Below the pieces are notes generated by a model that was not told the DNA's origin, did no database searches, and saw nothing but the letters and a program-made list of their open reading frames with translations. A stretch of 64,000 nucleotides of DNA from the human T2T-CHM13v2.0 reference genome, Homo sapiens: NCBI RefSeq assembly GCF_009914755.1, contig NC_060943.1; one strand, 5' to 3'. Positions 1 through 13,707 of this stretch are shown in pieces (position 1 is the stretch's first letter; each line of letters starts with the position of its first letter). The translations under genes were made by a program, and so were the position numbers.

Positions 1-1134
1 CTCCATGAAGCTAGGCTATGGGAGGCCTCTCTGAGCTCCATTTGGACTTGCTAAGGTGTCTCATGCTGCCTCAACCACCCCACAGGAGCCCTTTTAGGCA
101 GGGGGCTGAGCCTTCATAGCTCTCACATCTCCCCATCTCACATGGACACATAGGCCACACTCCAGAAACACTAGCTGTTGGTTCCAAAAGGCAGCCAAAA
201 CAGAGAAAATTGCAGATTCCTGGGGCTGAAAAGGACCTCAGAGACCATCTGGACCATTCTACAGGTGGGAAAACTGATACCCAGAAGGAGAAACTAGACA
301 AAAAACCTAGATGCAAAGCTAGAGGCTCCTAATCCCAATCCAGGGTTCCTGAGCTATTGCAAGCCCATCCCAGCCTTCTTGCATCTACTTGCATTTCTCA
401 TTGCCCCGTTTGGACCCCCAGAAGTAGCCAACCCAAAGAGCATCAATATCAGAGCCTCTCAGAGTGTGAGGAAGGCACTCTGTAAGTATTAGATGCACAG
501 TGGCCCAGGGATTTTTTTTAAGTTTAGCAATAATCAATGTTTGCTGCCACCACCATTTCCTCAAGGATTGTAACCCAGAGCCCTTTGCAAGTCCGGGGCT
601 GTGTGCCATTTGACCTCATTGGTAGGATGGTAACTATAAAAGGCAGTTGTGTTTAAAATGTGTCCATTAAAAATTAAAACCTTCTAGGAGCTTAATGCCA
701 AATGTGCAGATTCCACCTCCTTCCACTCCCTGCCAAGCATTCCATGCCAATAAAGTGTAATGGTTTTAATATCCTTCAAAATTAACATAGGATAAGGCAA
801 CCACATTAAAACAGCAATGAACAAATCCCTCCCCCATCCCCCCAAAATAAAGAAACTAACAAAAGGGGATGATTGAGGCTTGGTGGGGTGAGTCCTGAGG
901 GCAGAAATTCTGGTTACTACAGGAGGTCTCTGAATCCAGACTTGGGAAGAGCTGTTGGGGTATCTCTTGCCAGGGAGAGAAGACTGTGAGAATGAGATCT
1001 TCATTTGCAAGGTATTGCAAAAGCTGGGGTGACTTGCTAGTGCCCATTCAGAAAGCACCCACTAAAACCCCAGCACAAATCAATTCATCCTGAACTGAGC
1101 TCCTGCAAAGAGACATTAAAATTTGTCTGTGCAT

Positions 1135-1456
1135 AATAATGGGAACAGTAGAGACTATAAGAACAGGGAGGGAGTGGGGAAGGACTGAAAAACTACCTAT
1201 CCAGTATCATGCTCACTACCCTGGTTACAGGTCAATCGTACCCCAAACCTTAGTTAACATCATGCAATATACCCACATCACACACCTGCACCAGTACTCC
1301 CTGAACCTAAAATAAAAGTAATGAAACTATTCTAAAATTGATTTTGGTGATAGTTGCAAAATTGTATGAATATAATAAAACCATTGAGTTGTACACCTTG
1401 AAAAAAACAGAAATTTAGAAGTTAATAAGTAAATAAACAAAAACTTAAAAAAAAAA
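1135..1456 (+). mobile_element. Two abutting L1 3' end fragments (L1PB/L1MA-type, then L1MB-type)
   Basis: AAAAACTACCTAT...CCCCAAACCT...CCTAAAATAAAAGT 3'UTR, then CTAAAATTGATTTTGGTGATAGTTGC...CCATTGAGTTGTACAC and an A-rich tail. Confidence 0.8.
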
Positions 1457-3659
1457 TTGTCTATGAATAGCATCCAGCACAGCAGGGCCAGGAAGAGGAG
1501 CTATCGAGGAAAAGGGGGCCCCACCCATCCTCAGGCTCAGCTCCAGCCCCCACCCAGCCCCCCTGCAGCCGCAGAACCCAAGATTCTGAACCTCATCGTC
1601 CCCCCGCCACCAGCTCCAGCCCCATCATACCTCCCACCTCCAAGCAGGTGTATCTTCATTGAAGTGATCCCTTGAAGGAACCAAACAGCTAAACTCAAGC
1701 AAGACCAAGGATCAAAGTGGGGACCACTCAGACCCATATGAACAGAACTGGCCACAGTGACGTGTCCAAGAAAGCCCTTGTCTAAGAGGAGCTAACAATG
1801 GCGCCACAGAGAGGCCACGGCCAGGCTCTCGGGCACCATGATACTACAGAAATAAAGCTAAATTATACCACTTGTCATCATTAAGAAAAATTTTCATCTT
1901 CGTTCTTCATTTGAAAAGCACTATATTTAATGAATGCGTACTGAGTCATGACACGCAAATGACTAAAATACAGGAATTATACTGGGGTCAACTAACGTAT
2001 TTTAAAACCTTGAAATTAAGGGACTTATTCATGCCTGTCACCAGTGTGACTCCCAGTCATTAGGGTCCTCTGCATGGCTGCCTGTGAGCAATGGGGAATG
2101 GCGGATATTTCTGCAAGGGGTAGCCCAAGCTTCCTTGCAAATTCCATCATGGTCAAGATGAAGAAATCTTGTTCACCTGTTTGCCCACCTTCTGTGGGCC
2201 TGTGCTCTCTTTGGGTGTGTATCCAATGAAGGCATTACTGGTCTTGTGCAAGGTAAGCCCCATTCCAAAGGCATATTTTGCAGATTCATCACTAATGAAA
2301 GGTGGAGCTTTGACACCTCCTGTGCTTCCACAATGGGGGCCCATACCAGGTGTGCATCAGAAGAGTGGCTCTTTCTCAACTGCATTCATCTTTAATTTCT
2401 CCAGGAAAATTAAGATGTCTCAAAGTCTGAACTCTGCAAAAGTTTGCATGAAAAATGGCAAAGAAAAAAAAAAGATGGCAAGATCAACCAGGAAACCTGA
2501 AATGAGGAAGTTTGAACTATCTTCCAAGGTCTTGACACCTTTAGGTTGAAGTGGGCATATTTTTGTTTTTCCACCCTCCAACTATCAGCTCTTTTCTTGG
2601 TAAAGCAGTATTCTGAATTTCCTTTGGTGAAGCCACAGCTTCCATTCTCAAGCATGAAGTTTGAGTAGGGTTGACCTCACATACAGCACCAAGGTTGGAT
2701 GCCGTTGTAAGCCAATCAGTTTATGCCTTTATCCGACCACAGGAATTCATGGCCCAATTCTGGTCAAGTTATTGATGATTGCATATAGATACAAAGATTT
2801 CATCTGCCAGAAACACATATATTCATGAAAGGAGTGCTTAGAGCTATTGGAAGGGGAAGGTGATATTGTGTGGAAGCTGATGATGATGCCAATACCAAGA
2901 GGGCCCTTGGGCACACCTTTTATTCTGCTGGATCAAACCTCACCTGAAGCAGAACTTTGTTGTTTACAAAGGCCAAGATAATTTTCTCTCTTTTTTAATC
3001 CAATGAGAGTTGGGTGGGTTTTATGGCATGCAGTGCTTCCAGAATGTGAAAGGCCCTGTCCAGAATCCTATGATCTAGAGCATACAGAAGCTTTTCAATT
3101 GCCTTGCCTCCAATAAACACAAAGATTACTGGACTCAAAGTAAGTTTCAGTAAAGAGAGTCAGTAAACAGTAAAGAGAGGCAGCCGTATCAGTAGCAAGA
3201 CACATGGAGCTCCCAGCTTCCTGAGAGCTGGGGGTCAGGTCACATAAAACCTCATTGTTTATGGCTGACCTCTTTTCTTATTTATCAAATCCCAAACCAT
3301 CCTAGTCTTTTATACTTGGAAACTACCCCTGCCTTGAACTGTCCAAGCCTGTCACTGATTAACTTCTCTCTGCTAACTAGGCTCACTAGTATCTCTGGGA
3401 TTCTGATGGGGACATACAAGCAAGAAAAATGACCAAAATTCCCCCCACCCAAGTTGTCCATAAAACATGACATTTGATCACATACTTTGAGGCCGCTGCA
3501 GTGTTAAAAGATGAAGCTTAGAGAATGGGAAAAGAGAAAGCTATGATAGAGGAGTCTAATATCTTCAACTGTGGCAAGAAAGAGAGGTTGAGGAAGACTT
3601 CACGGTTGTTTCTGTCTTCCCAGCATTCAGATGAGGATACAAACATGAAATTTCAAGCT

Positions 3660-4170
3660 CTACCAAGGTGGAAAACGTCTTAAATGTCATCTACTCTGAC
3701 CCTTAATTTAATGTTTCATTTCCTGTCCCAACCTCTCCTACAAATGTCCACATAGCCTGTGTTGAATACTTCTGATAATGGGGAACTCACTCCCTACCTC
3801 CCTCAGAGACAATACCTTTTTTGATTAGTGTTGAAAGTCTCAAGTTTTCCCTTGTTCTGAGCAAATATCCATATCTCTGAAGCTCCCACCCATTAGGGAT
3901 GTCCAGAACTCACTGTTCTCTCTTCATCTGGAAGCTCTCAAATATAGAAAGCCAGAAATCACGGTCCCCTAGGTGTTCCTATGTCTGGATTGAATATTCT
4001 CTATTCATTTTTCACATTGCCTTGGTTCAGCATGTCTAACCCTGTCCCAGGCTGTACTGATCACAATACTATCTAGTGTGGACTGGTCAGCATGGCAAGA
4101 TAGAGATCCTTCTCATCACCTCCATGTTCTTTACACTATACTCCCATTAATACAGCCACAGTTACACTGT
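3660..4170 (-). mobile_element. L3/CR1 LINE fragment (ancient)
   Basis: TTGAATACTTCTGATAATGGGGAACTCACT and CACAATACT...TCACCTCCATGTTCT...CACTATACTCCCATTAAT resemble the L3 consensus. Confidence 0.65.
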
Positions 4171-4579
4171 GATTAGACAGACCAGTAGGGATTTAGACCA
4201 GTGGAATTTCTCCTCCTTATTTTTCAACAGAGGTAAGATATGCTCTGCTTATAAGAAATCCACCTTAAAATTGTAATCGATGCCCCCACATTTTGGGCTG
4301 GTGAGAAAGCACATTGCCTGGTGGTGAGTTAAGAACATGCCAGTCTCCATGCAGTGGGAGGGGGAAAAGAAGTGTTTTCAGCTTCAAAGATGAATGTGTA
4401 AGTAAAAGTGAAGTCTACCAAATTGAAACTGATCAATGTAGGCCACCCATCGCTAATTGTCACCCAGCTATTTTGCTTCCACGAGTCACGTGGTGGGTGA
4501 CAGCCAGAGACATTGATGGATTCTGACCTAGACTAGAAATCTGGTTTCTAAAGAAGAAAGAAAGGAAAGAGAGAAAGAT

Positions 4580-4880
4580 GCAATGAAATTAACGGCCCAG
4601 CATGAAGAGAAGGGAGTGGGGAAAAGGCGGTGTCTTTGACAGCTCAAGCTGAGGAGGAAAATTAGAAAAGAAAGCCGACTCCACCGCCATATGTGTTAGA
4701 GCTGGCCGGGACAGCTGGAAGAAATATCGCCCAGCCCGAATCCCTGGCCAGGATTGTGATCCATGTCTGCATACGGCTATCAATAACCCTGCATGATTAA
4801 TGCTAATGATTTATGTTAATTTTGCCATAAGCTTTATTTGTGCCCGGTGTTGAACTTATGGATGTCAAATCATTCCTTAG
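4580..4880. promoter_or_regulatory. Candidate developmental enhancer (PBX-HOX/MEIS motif cluster)
   Basis: Repeat-free; 9 CpGs in about 260 bp; TGACAG 4637-4642, TGATTAAT 4794-4801, TGATTTAT 4807-4814, TGTCA 4863-4867. Confidence 0.4.
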
Positions 4881-7319
4881 GAGGTTGCTAGAGATTTTTA
4901 AAAGCAAAGTCTAAAATATAACATCTGACATTCCATATATCACAGCCCCAGCCTCCCCAACATTCTTTGTGAGATGAGGGTCACCATCCCCCATGTAATT
5001 GCCTCTCAGTCAGCAAGAAGTCTTTGGGAAAGGCTCCACGTTACAGGAAGGATAGCTCCACAGGGACCTGCAGGTTCCTCTATTTTGGGGGGTTGGTGTT
5101 GCAAAGTCCATCCCTGACACCCCACCTGTCTCCATGGGCTACCATTTATCCAGGAGGTAGGGGAGTGCACAGTGAGCTCCTTGAGTTTCATCTTAGGTGG
5201 CTGTGAACCAGTCACTTCACTTAGAGAGCCCACGTTCCCTTCTGTTCCATAATGTGGTGGGTGGGGGGGTATGCTCAGCCCACTTGCAGGAAACCTGGGA
5301 GGCTCAGACTCTGTAACACCATGGGATGCTTTGTGCTCTGTAATGCCCCCCATACCCAATGCACTGCATTCTCCAAGACTGCTTTGAGGGTCTGGTTGCA
5401 TCTCCAGAACCAAGGCATAGGGGCTGGGGGTCCAGAGGAGATCTGAAGATCTGGCCTTTCGGGTCATCACCTGCCCACCTTGAGTCTGTCCAAACATCAG
5501 TCACTTATCCAGATGACCCCCCTTTGATACCTCCTCTATTCACTCCCAAAAGCCAGTCAACACCCTTCTATGAGTCTGGCCCTCTGCAAGATTCTGGACA
5601 CTATGGTGTGCAAGAAAGGTGGGGCCAGGCAGCAACTTCAACCTCTCAGACATGCTGAAACTTAAGCCTCAAGGACAAACCCAGTTACAGAGCCTAGTAC
5701 CCGATGGTGGTGCAGCAGAGTGCTTCAGGTGTCTACCCTGCAGAGGACAAAAGGAGGCCAGGTCAGACAGATACAGTAGAAATGGAAAGAGGGTGTCACT
5801 ATCTAGCCCAGTGCAGCGGCACTGGATGGGACAGCCATCCAACATTAATGCAGCTCACTTGGGGGTTCAAGCTGAATGCAAGTCAGGGGACCTAGGGGCA
5901 CCAACGTAGCACCTCTGCTCTGTCTGTCCCTCACTCTTCTCATGAAATCCTGTCCAAGACTGCCACTGTCCTCTGCAACCACAGGATTCCCCCAGCCTCC
6001 CCCTTGGCTCCAGTAATCAGGATTCCTTCAAAAGCCCACTGAAGACCCAGGGACCGGTAGCTTTTCCACCTGTAAACCACTCACCCTGTCAGCAGCTTCC
6101 CTGCCTTCAAAATGAAACCAAGATCCAAGCCAGGACCCAAATAAAAACCCAAGCCATGGGGGAGGTAAATCTCCTCCTCCTCTTCTTTTTCCCCACATCT
6201 CTTGCTAGAAAGTCATTATCTATAGCTTAAAAGAAACAATTTCTCTATGGGTTTGTACCAAAAAGGAAATATTCTATCTGCTTTCTTGGCTTCCTCTGAT
6301 GGGGCTTCACGAAACCAGTTTGGTCTGGGCTGTACGGTGAACACCTGTCAAAACGTATGGACCATGCCATTTATCAAATAATCTGCTCCAAGAACAGATA
6401 GGCACTATCAGCAATCTGGTATTGATCTGTACAGGCCCCTGCTATTGTTCATCCCTGCATCCCGAATGGCAGCAGGAATTAATGAAAGAAACAAAACAAT
6501 GCATACCAATCACTCAGCCGCACAACTTTGTTTGCTGCTCTCATTAAGTTGGGCAAAGTTTCCCCAGCTAACCCAAAAGCTTGCTTGGGAGGGGTGGGCC
6601 CAGAAGGCCAATCCTCTGATTCACCAACAGCCCCTCTGGCTGTCCCAGTTCCTCTTCCTGACCTCCATGGAGCCCTTGTCAGATGCCCCTGCACCTTTGA
6701 CACCTATGGAAGTGGAGGTGCTAGTGGCAGGCAAAGACCCCACCTGGGTCTCTACCCGGGTCCAAGCAGAGATAGCCTTTCTTCTGACAGCCCCTTTGTG
6801 GTTGTGTTTAAGCCACCCTTGTGCAGGGCCCTCCTCCACATACAGTCTTGCACCGGGAAGAGATCTGTCCACAAACAACACCTATAAGCCCCCAGGGAGT
6901 GTCTAGGCATCGGGGAGAAAGAGTGAGTCAAACCAAGCCTTCCCCCTAAAGGCAGGTCCTGCAGAGAGATACACACGAATGCCCAGCTGTGGGCCTCCAC
7001 TAAACAGTGAGCCCTTCCAACACACACACAGTCACTCCTGCCTCACCATCACTGTCCATACCTGAGCAGGCTTCAAGGCTCAGCTTAAATAGCACCTCCT
7101 GAACCCTTCTCCAATCCCTCCAGCCAAAATTGGTATCTCCCCCATCTGAGCACTCACCATGCTTTACCTGGCCTATAAAAAGTAGTACTGTTTATATCTC
7201 CTCCATCTATAAGACTTATGAGTAGAGGTCCAGGTAAAACAAGCAAAAAGAAACCTCTGAAGTCAAGGACATAGTTGCAGTCATCATTGCAGCCCTACAT
7301 AGCATCTAACACTATTAAC

Positions 7320-8043
7320 AATGGGTGGATGGATAAATGAATGGATGCATGGATGACAGATAAATGGATGAATGCATGGGTAGGTGAGTGGGTGAATAAA
7401 TGGATGGATAGATGAATGGATGGATGAATGTATGGATAGATGGATAGATGAATGGATGAACAGATGGATGGATGGATGGATGATAGATAAATGGATGAAT
7501 GGATGAGTAGGTGAGTGGGTGAGTGAATGGATGGATAGATGAATGGATGGATGAATGGATGGGTAAATGTGTGGATGCGTAGGTGGGTGGATGGATGGAT
7601 GGATAGATGGATGGATGCATGGATGGATGGATGGATGGATGGATGGATGGATGGATAGGTGGGTAGGTGGGTGGGTGGATGGGTAGATGGATGGGTAGGT
7701 GGATGGGTGGATGGATGGATGGATGGATGGATGGATGGATGGATGGATGGATAGATGGGTGACTGGACGGATGGATAGATAGGCCAATGGATGGATGGGT
7801 GGATGGGTGGATGGATGGATGGATGGGTGGATGGATGGATGGATGGATGGATAGATAGGCCAATGGATGGATGGGTGGATGGGTGGATGGATGGATGGAT
7901 GGGTGGGTGGATGGATGGATGGATGGATGGATGGGATGGATGGATGGATGGATGGATGGATGGATGGATGGGATGGATGGATGTGGATGGGTGGGTGGAT
8001 GGATGGATGGATGGATGGATGGATGGATGATGAATGGATGAAT
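7320..8043. repeat. (GGAT/GGGT/GAAT)n simple repeat, about 720 bp
   Basis: Seen directly; source of the HPSI/MDGW pseudo-ORFs. Confidence 0.98.
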
Positions 8044-9193
8044 CTGAACCACGTGGGACAAAAACTCAAGAGTGCACCAGTTCCATAGCAATGAGCTCAG
8101 AGTGATGGCATCCTGATGATGGGCAGCACTGGGGATTTCACTTTTCTTCCCAAAGCACAAAAGTATCTCCTCCTACTTTAGCCATAGTGCCAAAAAGGAG
8201 ACACTGAGGTCCAGAGAGGATGAAGAATTTGCTTTGGATCATACAGAGCCAGCCTCAACCACAGACATCCTGAAAATAAAGAAATTTACTCGCTGTCTGG
8301 TATAATCAAGAACCCCACCCCATCACCCCTTCAGGACAAATATCTGAACCCCACTTCCAGGAAGTTTTAAGGCCATGGCAGAACAAAACCACCACCATAG
8401 ACCTGCTAAGTCAGTGAGTGCAGCTGAGCTCACACCACACCTGAGAGACCTGAAGTCCTGTTCTTTTTGGAAGCATGACTTGGAGGGATGCCTTGGTTGT
8501 CCCTGTTGGGGGTTCAGAGGGTCCTGCGTGTCACCCGTACTGAGAGAGTGAGGCCTTTCCTCTTTGGAGGACCCTCCTTGACTTGGAGGAAGCCTCAGCA
8601 GAAAAATTGCCAAGAGTGAAGCTTTTCACTCAGCTCAAGTTTTCAAGAGCGGCCACTCACCCCACATTCAGGAGATGTAGCAGAGAGAGTGGCACTGACC
8701 GAAGTCTCACTCAGCTAAGTGGGGCCTCAAGGGGGCCAAGAGACACTTACATTCTGGAAAGGCACAGACCAAAGGGCCAGGCTGGGCCAGCCAGACATGT
8801 GACATGCAATTCTCTGAGGACAGATGGCAAATCTCCACTCATGCAGGGCCCAGGTGTGTGGGGTCATTCCCCCTTGCTCCCACCCAGAGTCTCCCTACAG
8901 TATCATCTGGACACTGGGTCCTCCCCAAGGGCCACATCACACGTCTGCATTGCCAGGACAGGAGAAGCAGCAGCAGCTTCTGTTTCCAAGTAAAGATGAC
9001 AAGTGTGGATGAGGAGGGCGGGTAGGCCGGTGGGCGGGGAAGAGAAAGGAAGGAGGAGAAAGTCAGACAGTGACAGGGAAACAAATAAAGCTAAAGCCTT
9101 GGTTCCTGCCCTTAAGGATCTCAGAATACAGTGGAGAAGGAGAACCATTAGGTCACAGACTCAAGCAAGGACAAGAAACCAAACCAAAGGTCC

Positions 9194-9670
9194 TGTAACC
9201 AAATGCAGGTTCAGTCACTCACCCACCCACCACTGGCAAAGTCAAATAATAAAGACGAGGTGTGGTGGAAGGAAAGTGACTTTACTTCCAAAGCTAGCAG
9301 TGGGGAAGCAGCCAGGTGCATGCCTAAAGAAAATGCTTCAGCTTTTTGGGTAAAGGGTAAGAACTTTAAAAAGGGATTTTGGTATGTAGCACATGCAGGA
9401 GTGACTGGGGATGCTAGTCTATGTGACTTGTTTTGATGACTGTCTTGAGCTGTTGCCCCATCTGGTGAATGGACTGGCACCATCTCAGGTAGAACTGGGT
9501 TGCAAATTAACTGCAGCCTTGAAGTAATCTCCAGGAGGGGAGAATTCCACAGTGGCTTGAATTGTTTTAAGGTTTAGTCTCCGGAACTTCCAAACAAACA
9601 CAAAATTAAATAAGGGAATCATCATGCAAGCAGTGCCTGGCAGAAGGGAGAACAAAGGCTATTATCTGAT
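9194..9670 (-). mobile_element. ERV1 (MER4-group) solo LTR, subfamily uncertain
   Basis: Starts TGTAACCAAATGCAGGTTCAG; AAAGTGACTTTACTTCCAAAGCTAGC and GCAAATTAACTGCAG motifs typical of these LTRs. Confidence 0.6.
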
Positions 9671-9675
9671 TATTA

Positions 9676-10044
<369 letters not shown>

Positions 10045-10475
10045 TCACAGTCCCATGCTTAGGAGTGCCTCTTCTTCGGGAATTCTGGGGATATTCAGAA
10101 CGTTAGGAGGGATTCCCTAAATCCCTCCTTTCTAAGCTTCCAAATATCTCTTGTCCAGAGCTCACCAGTGGGTAGGCCAGGATTTGGGGATAGAACTGTG
10201 TTCTCTTGAGTTCCTGCAGGCAAGTGCCACAATGATCAAAGGTGGTACCCACCCCCAGTCCAGCTGACCTCAGCAAAGTCCTGTCTTCCAAAGCGGGTCA
10301 GTCCTCACCTGCTCTTCTACCACAATTCAGGTAGAAATGCAGGTTGAGTATCCCTTATTCAAAATGCTTGGGACCAGAAGCATTTTGGATTTGGGATTTT
10401 TTCAGATTTGAGGATATTTGCAAATATAGGATGAAACACCTTGGGGATAAAACCCAAGCCTAAACACAGAATTAA

Positions 10476-11000
<525 letters not shown>

Positions 11001-12197
11001 TGAAACACAGTTTTGACTGTGATCTGTCACATGAGGTCAGGTGTGGAATTTTCCTCTTGTGGCATCATATCGGGGCACAGAGAGTTTTGGATTTCAGAGC
11101 ATTTCAGATTTCGAATTTTTGGATTAGGTATGCTCAACCTGTTCAGCATTCCTGAGCAGGCAGGACTGCTGGGACTCACGAAGGTAGGAATGAAGGATGG
11201 GTTCCTTTTCACTGACTCCTGTCCCATTATAGCAAAATCCCCAAAACCCCGAGAATGTGCTGGAGAGCAGGGGTTCCAGAAGGCAGGGAGAGGGCCTCAC
11301 AGGGCCTTATCCAAGGAATCCTACCAAATTCAAGAATGCAGAAACGGAAGAGCCTCTGGCGTGAGCCCCAGGCCACTCAGCAATGTCACTCGCTGTCCCG
11401 GTTAGTGCCGGAAGCACCAGGGCTCCGGATGTGAAAACCCATGCTGCACATCCACTCCTGATTGCACTGGGAGCTGATAAAGGGAAGTCCAACCCACAGC
11501 AATGCTGCTCAGTGCTCCGGAGAAAGCCATTAGGCCAGGTCCCCATGCTGTCGTCAGCCACTGAGGGTTGACACCCACATAGAACCCGGAGAGCCAATGG
11601 GCACAGCCTGGCCATGCAGCCACTTACATCACCTTTGGAGGCAGAGGCCCTGCCATGCTCTGGGACATGAGCAGCTCAGGACAGAGCACATGGAGCTCAC
11701 CACTAAGGCTCATACATTCACCAAGTGACCGTCACTGCCCACACATGCCCCACCCTGCCCTTCCAGCATCCACACGCACCTCTGGGCACACAGCCAGTCC
11801 CACAGAGGCCTGACACCCTGACACTCTCAGCCTCCATCCCAGTGCCCACAGGCCCGCTCATCTAGGCCAACTCCAAGAAAGCTGACAGAGCAGCAAAATC
11901 CACCTTCGTGGCCCTGGAGCGGTGACACCAGGTTCCTCCCAGATGGCTCCAGTGAGCCCAGGGGCCATTGCACCGGCACGCTGCAGCTGCCTCTCTGTAG
12001 GAAGATACCACTTTAGAAATAGGTCATGTGTGCTGCCTGCATCCCCTTGAATCAAATGGGATGGTGGCTTGATGGGTTCTTCTCAGGACCCTGAACGCCA
12101 AGGTCTCCATCCTGCCTTCCTTTCCATGACCATATGACATCTTCACCTTGGAAATAAGCTGCCAGCTTGCTCTGCAGGCTTGCTTGAGAAGGGCTGA

Positions 12198-12201
<4 letters not shown>

Positions 12202-12257
<56 letters not shown>

Positions 12258-12264
12258 CTATCTA
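12202..12264. repeat. Compound microsatellite, about (CT)19(TCTA)7
   Basis: Seen directly. Confidence 0.97.
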
Positions 12265-12785
12265 ATGCTAGCAACTCATCAGTGAACCCCTCCCTAGGAA
12301 AGCAGCCATTTCAATCAAATATCTGCAGGTGCAGAGCCTAGGGCATGACGCTGAGCAAGATCTCAGAACATGGTGGGACGGAGACCCATAAGATCACAGA
12401 GTTGAGCAAGGACAAAAAACCAAACCACAGCCCCAAACCTGGCAGCATCTCTTTGGGAATGTCAAGCGAGATCCCCCAAATGCCTCCATTCTGAGCTTCC
12501 AAATGTCTCTTGCTCAGCACTCACCCAGGCTCTGACATCCCCTGAAGACCCCAGCAAAGCCTGGATATGGAACACCACCATGGGTGGAAGGTTTGCAGGG
12601 AGCTGTGCTCTGTAGAGGGAGGCACAGGAAAGAACATTTAGGTAGGACTTGCTCATCCTCCCAGGCGGCACTGCTGTCATGGGAATGGGGGCCACTTCTT
12701 GGCAATTAGGATGTTTCATGCTGCTCAGCCCTGAATGCTCCAACACCCATAAGGACCCATTCAATGAAGGCTAGATGAGGGGGCA

Positions 12786-13208
12786 CCTGAATGGTTTGGA
12801 TATTTGTTCCCTCCAAATCTCATATTGAAAGGTGATCCCCAGTGTTGGAGGTGGGGCCTGGTGGGAGGTGTTTCGGTCATGGCGGTGTATTCTTCATGAA
12901 TCCTTGGTGCCCTCCCCATGGTAATAAGTGTGTTCTCACTATGTTAGCTCACCCAAGAGATAGTTACTAAAAGGAACTTGGCACCTCTTCTTCTCTCTTT
13001 CTTGGTACCTCTCTCGCCATGTAACACCCCTGCTCCCTGTCCGCTTTCCCCCATGATTGGAAGTTTCCTGAGGCCTCACCAGAAGCCAAGCCAATGTGGT
13101 TGCCATGCTTGTACAGCCTGCAGAACTGTGAGCCAAATAAACCTCTTTTCTTTATAAATTACCCTGTCTGAGCTATTGCTGTATAGCAACACAAAATGGA
13201 CTAACACA
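12786..13208 (+). mobile_element. MSTB-like ERVL-MaLR solo LTR
   Basis: TGGTTTGGATATTTG...GTTGGAGGTGGGGCCTGGTGGGAGG...GAACTGTGAGCCAAATAAACCTCTTTTC...GGACTAACACA. Confidence 0.9.
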
Positions 13209-13707
13209 GCACTCAAGCAATTTCCACCCCCACATCCCCTCCTCTGAAGCCATGACTGAGGTCACACAGCAAGGCCAGGATGTGGAAGAGGTTAGCCACT
13301 AGAAAGTCACTGTCTCTCTGTGGCCTGGCTTGGTTTGACATGCACAAATTATTTTTTACTTTAATTATCCCCCATTTAAAAATCAGGAGGCTTTGCTTTT
13401 TAGTCTGTACTACCACTTCTACATAAATAATGGAGGACTAGGCAATTCTGGGTTGCATTCCTACCTGGCTAGGTCAGCTGGGGCAGGGCAGCAGTAAGTG
13501 GCCCTCTCTAGCCCATGCCACTGATGGCACTACCTGCCTGGCCCCTAGAGGTATCTGGTTTGCAACTCTGGGGTGAAGCATGACTGCAGATTGAGACATG
13601 ATATGGAAGTTTCCAGAGGGCCAGTGGGGTAACAGTTGGCCATAGTAAGCCATGCTTCCTGGTGACCCTAAAATTATGTGAGTTGGAGAGCTTATTCCCC
13701 TGTGAAG

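Noticed and set aside
2090-3100. Patchy peptide resemblance to adenosine kinase, IDI1 or aldo-keto reductase
   Set aside because: Needed frame-hopping and inconsistent spacing, and three unrelated proteins fit about equally well, so it is chance-level by eye
7284-8160. 261-aa and 281-aa His/Pro/Ser/Ile ORFs
   Set aside because: Translations of the (GGAT)n repeat, which lacks stop codons
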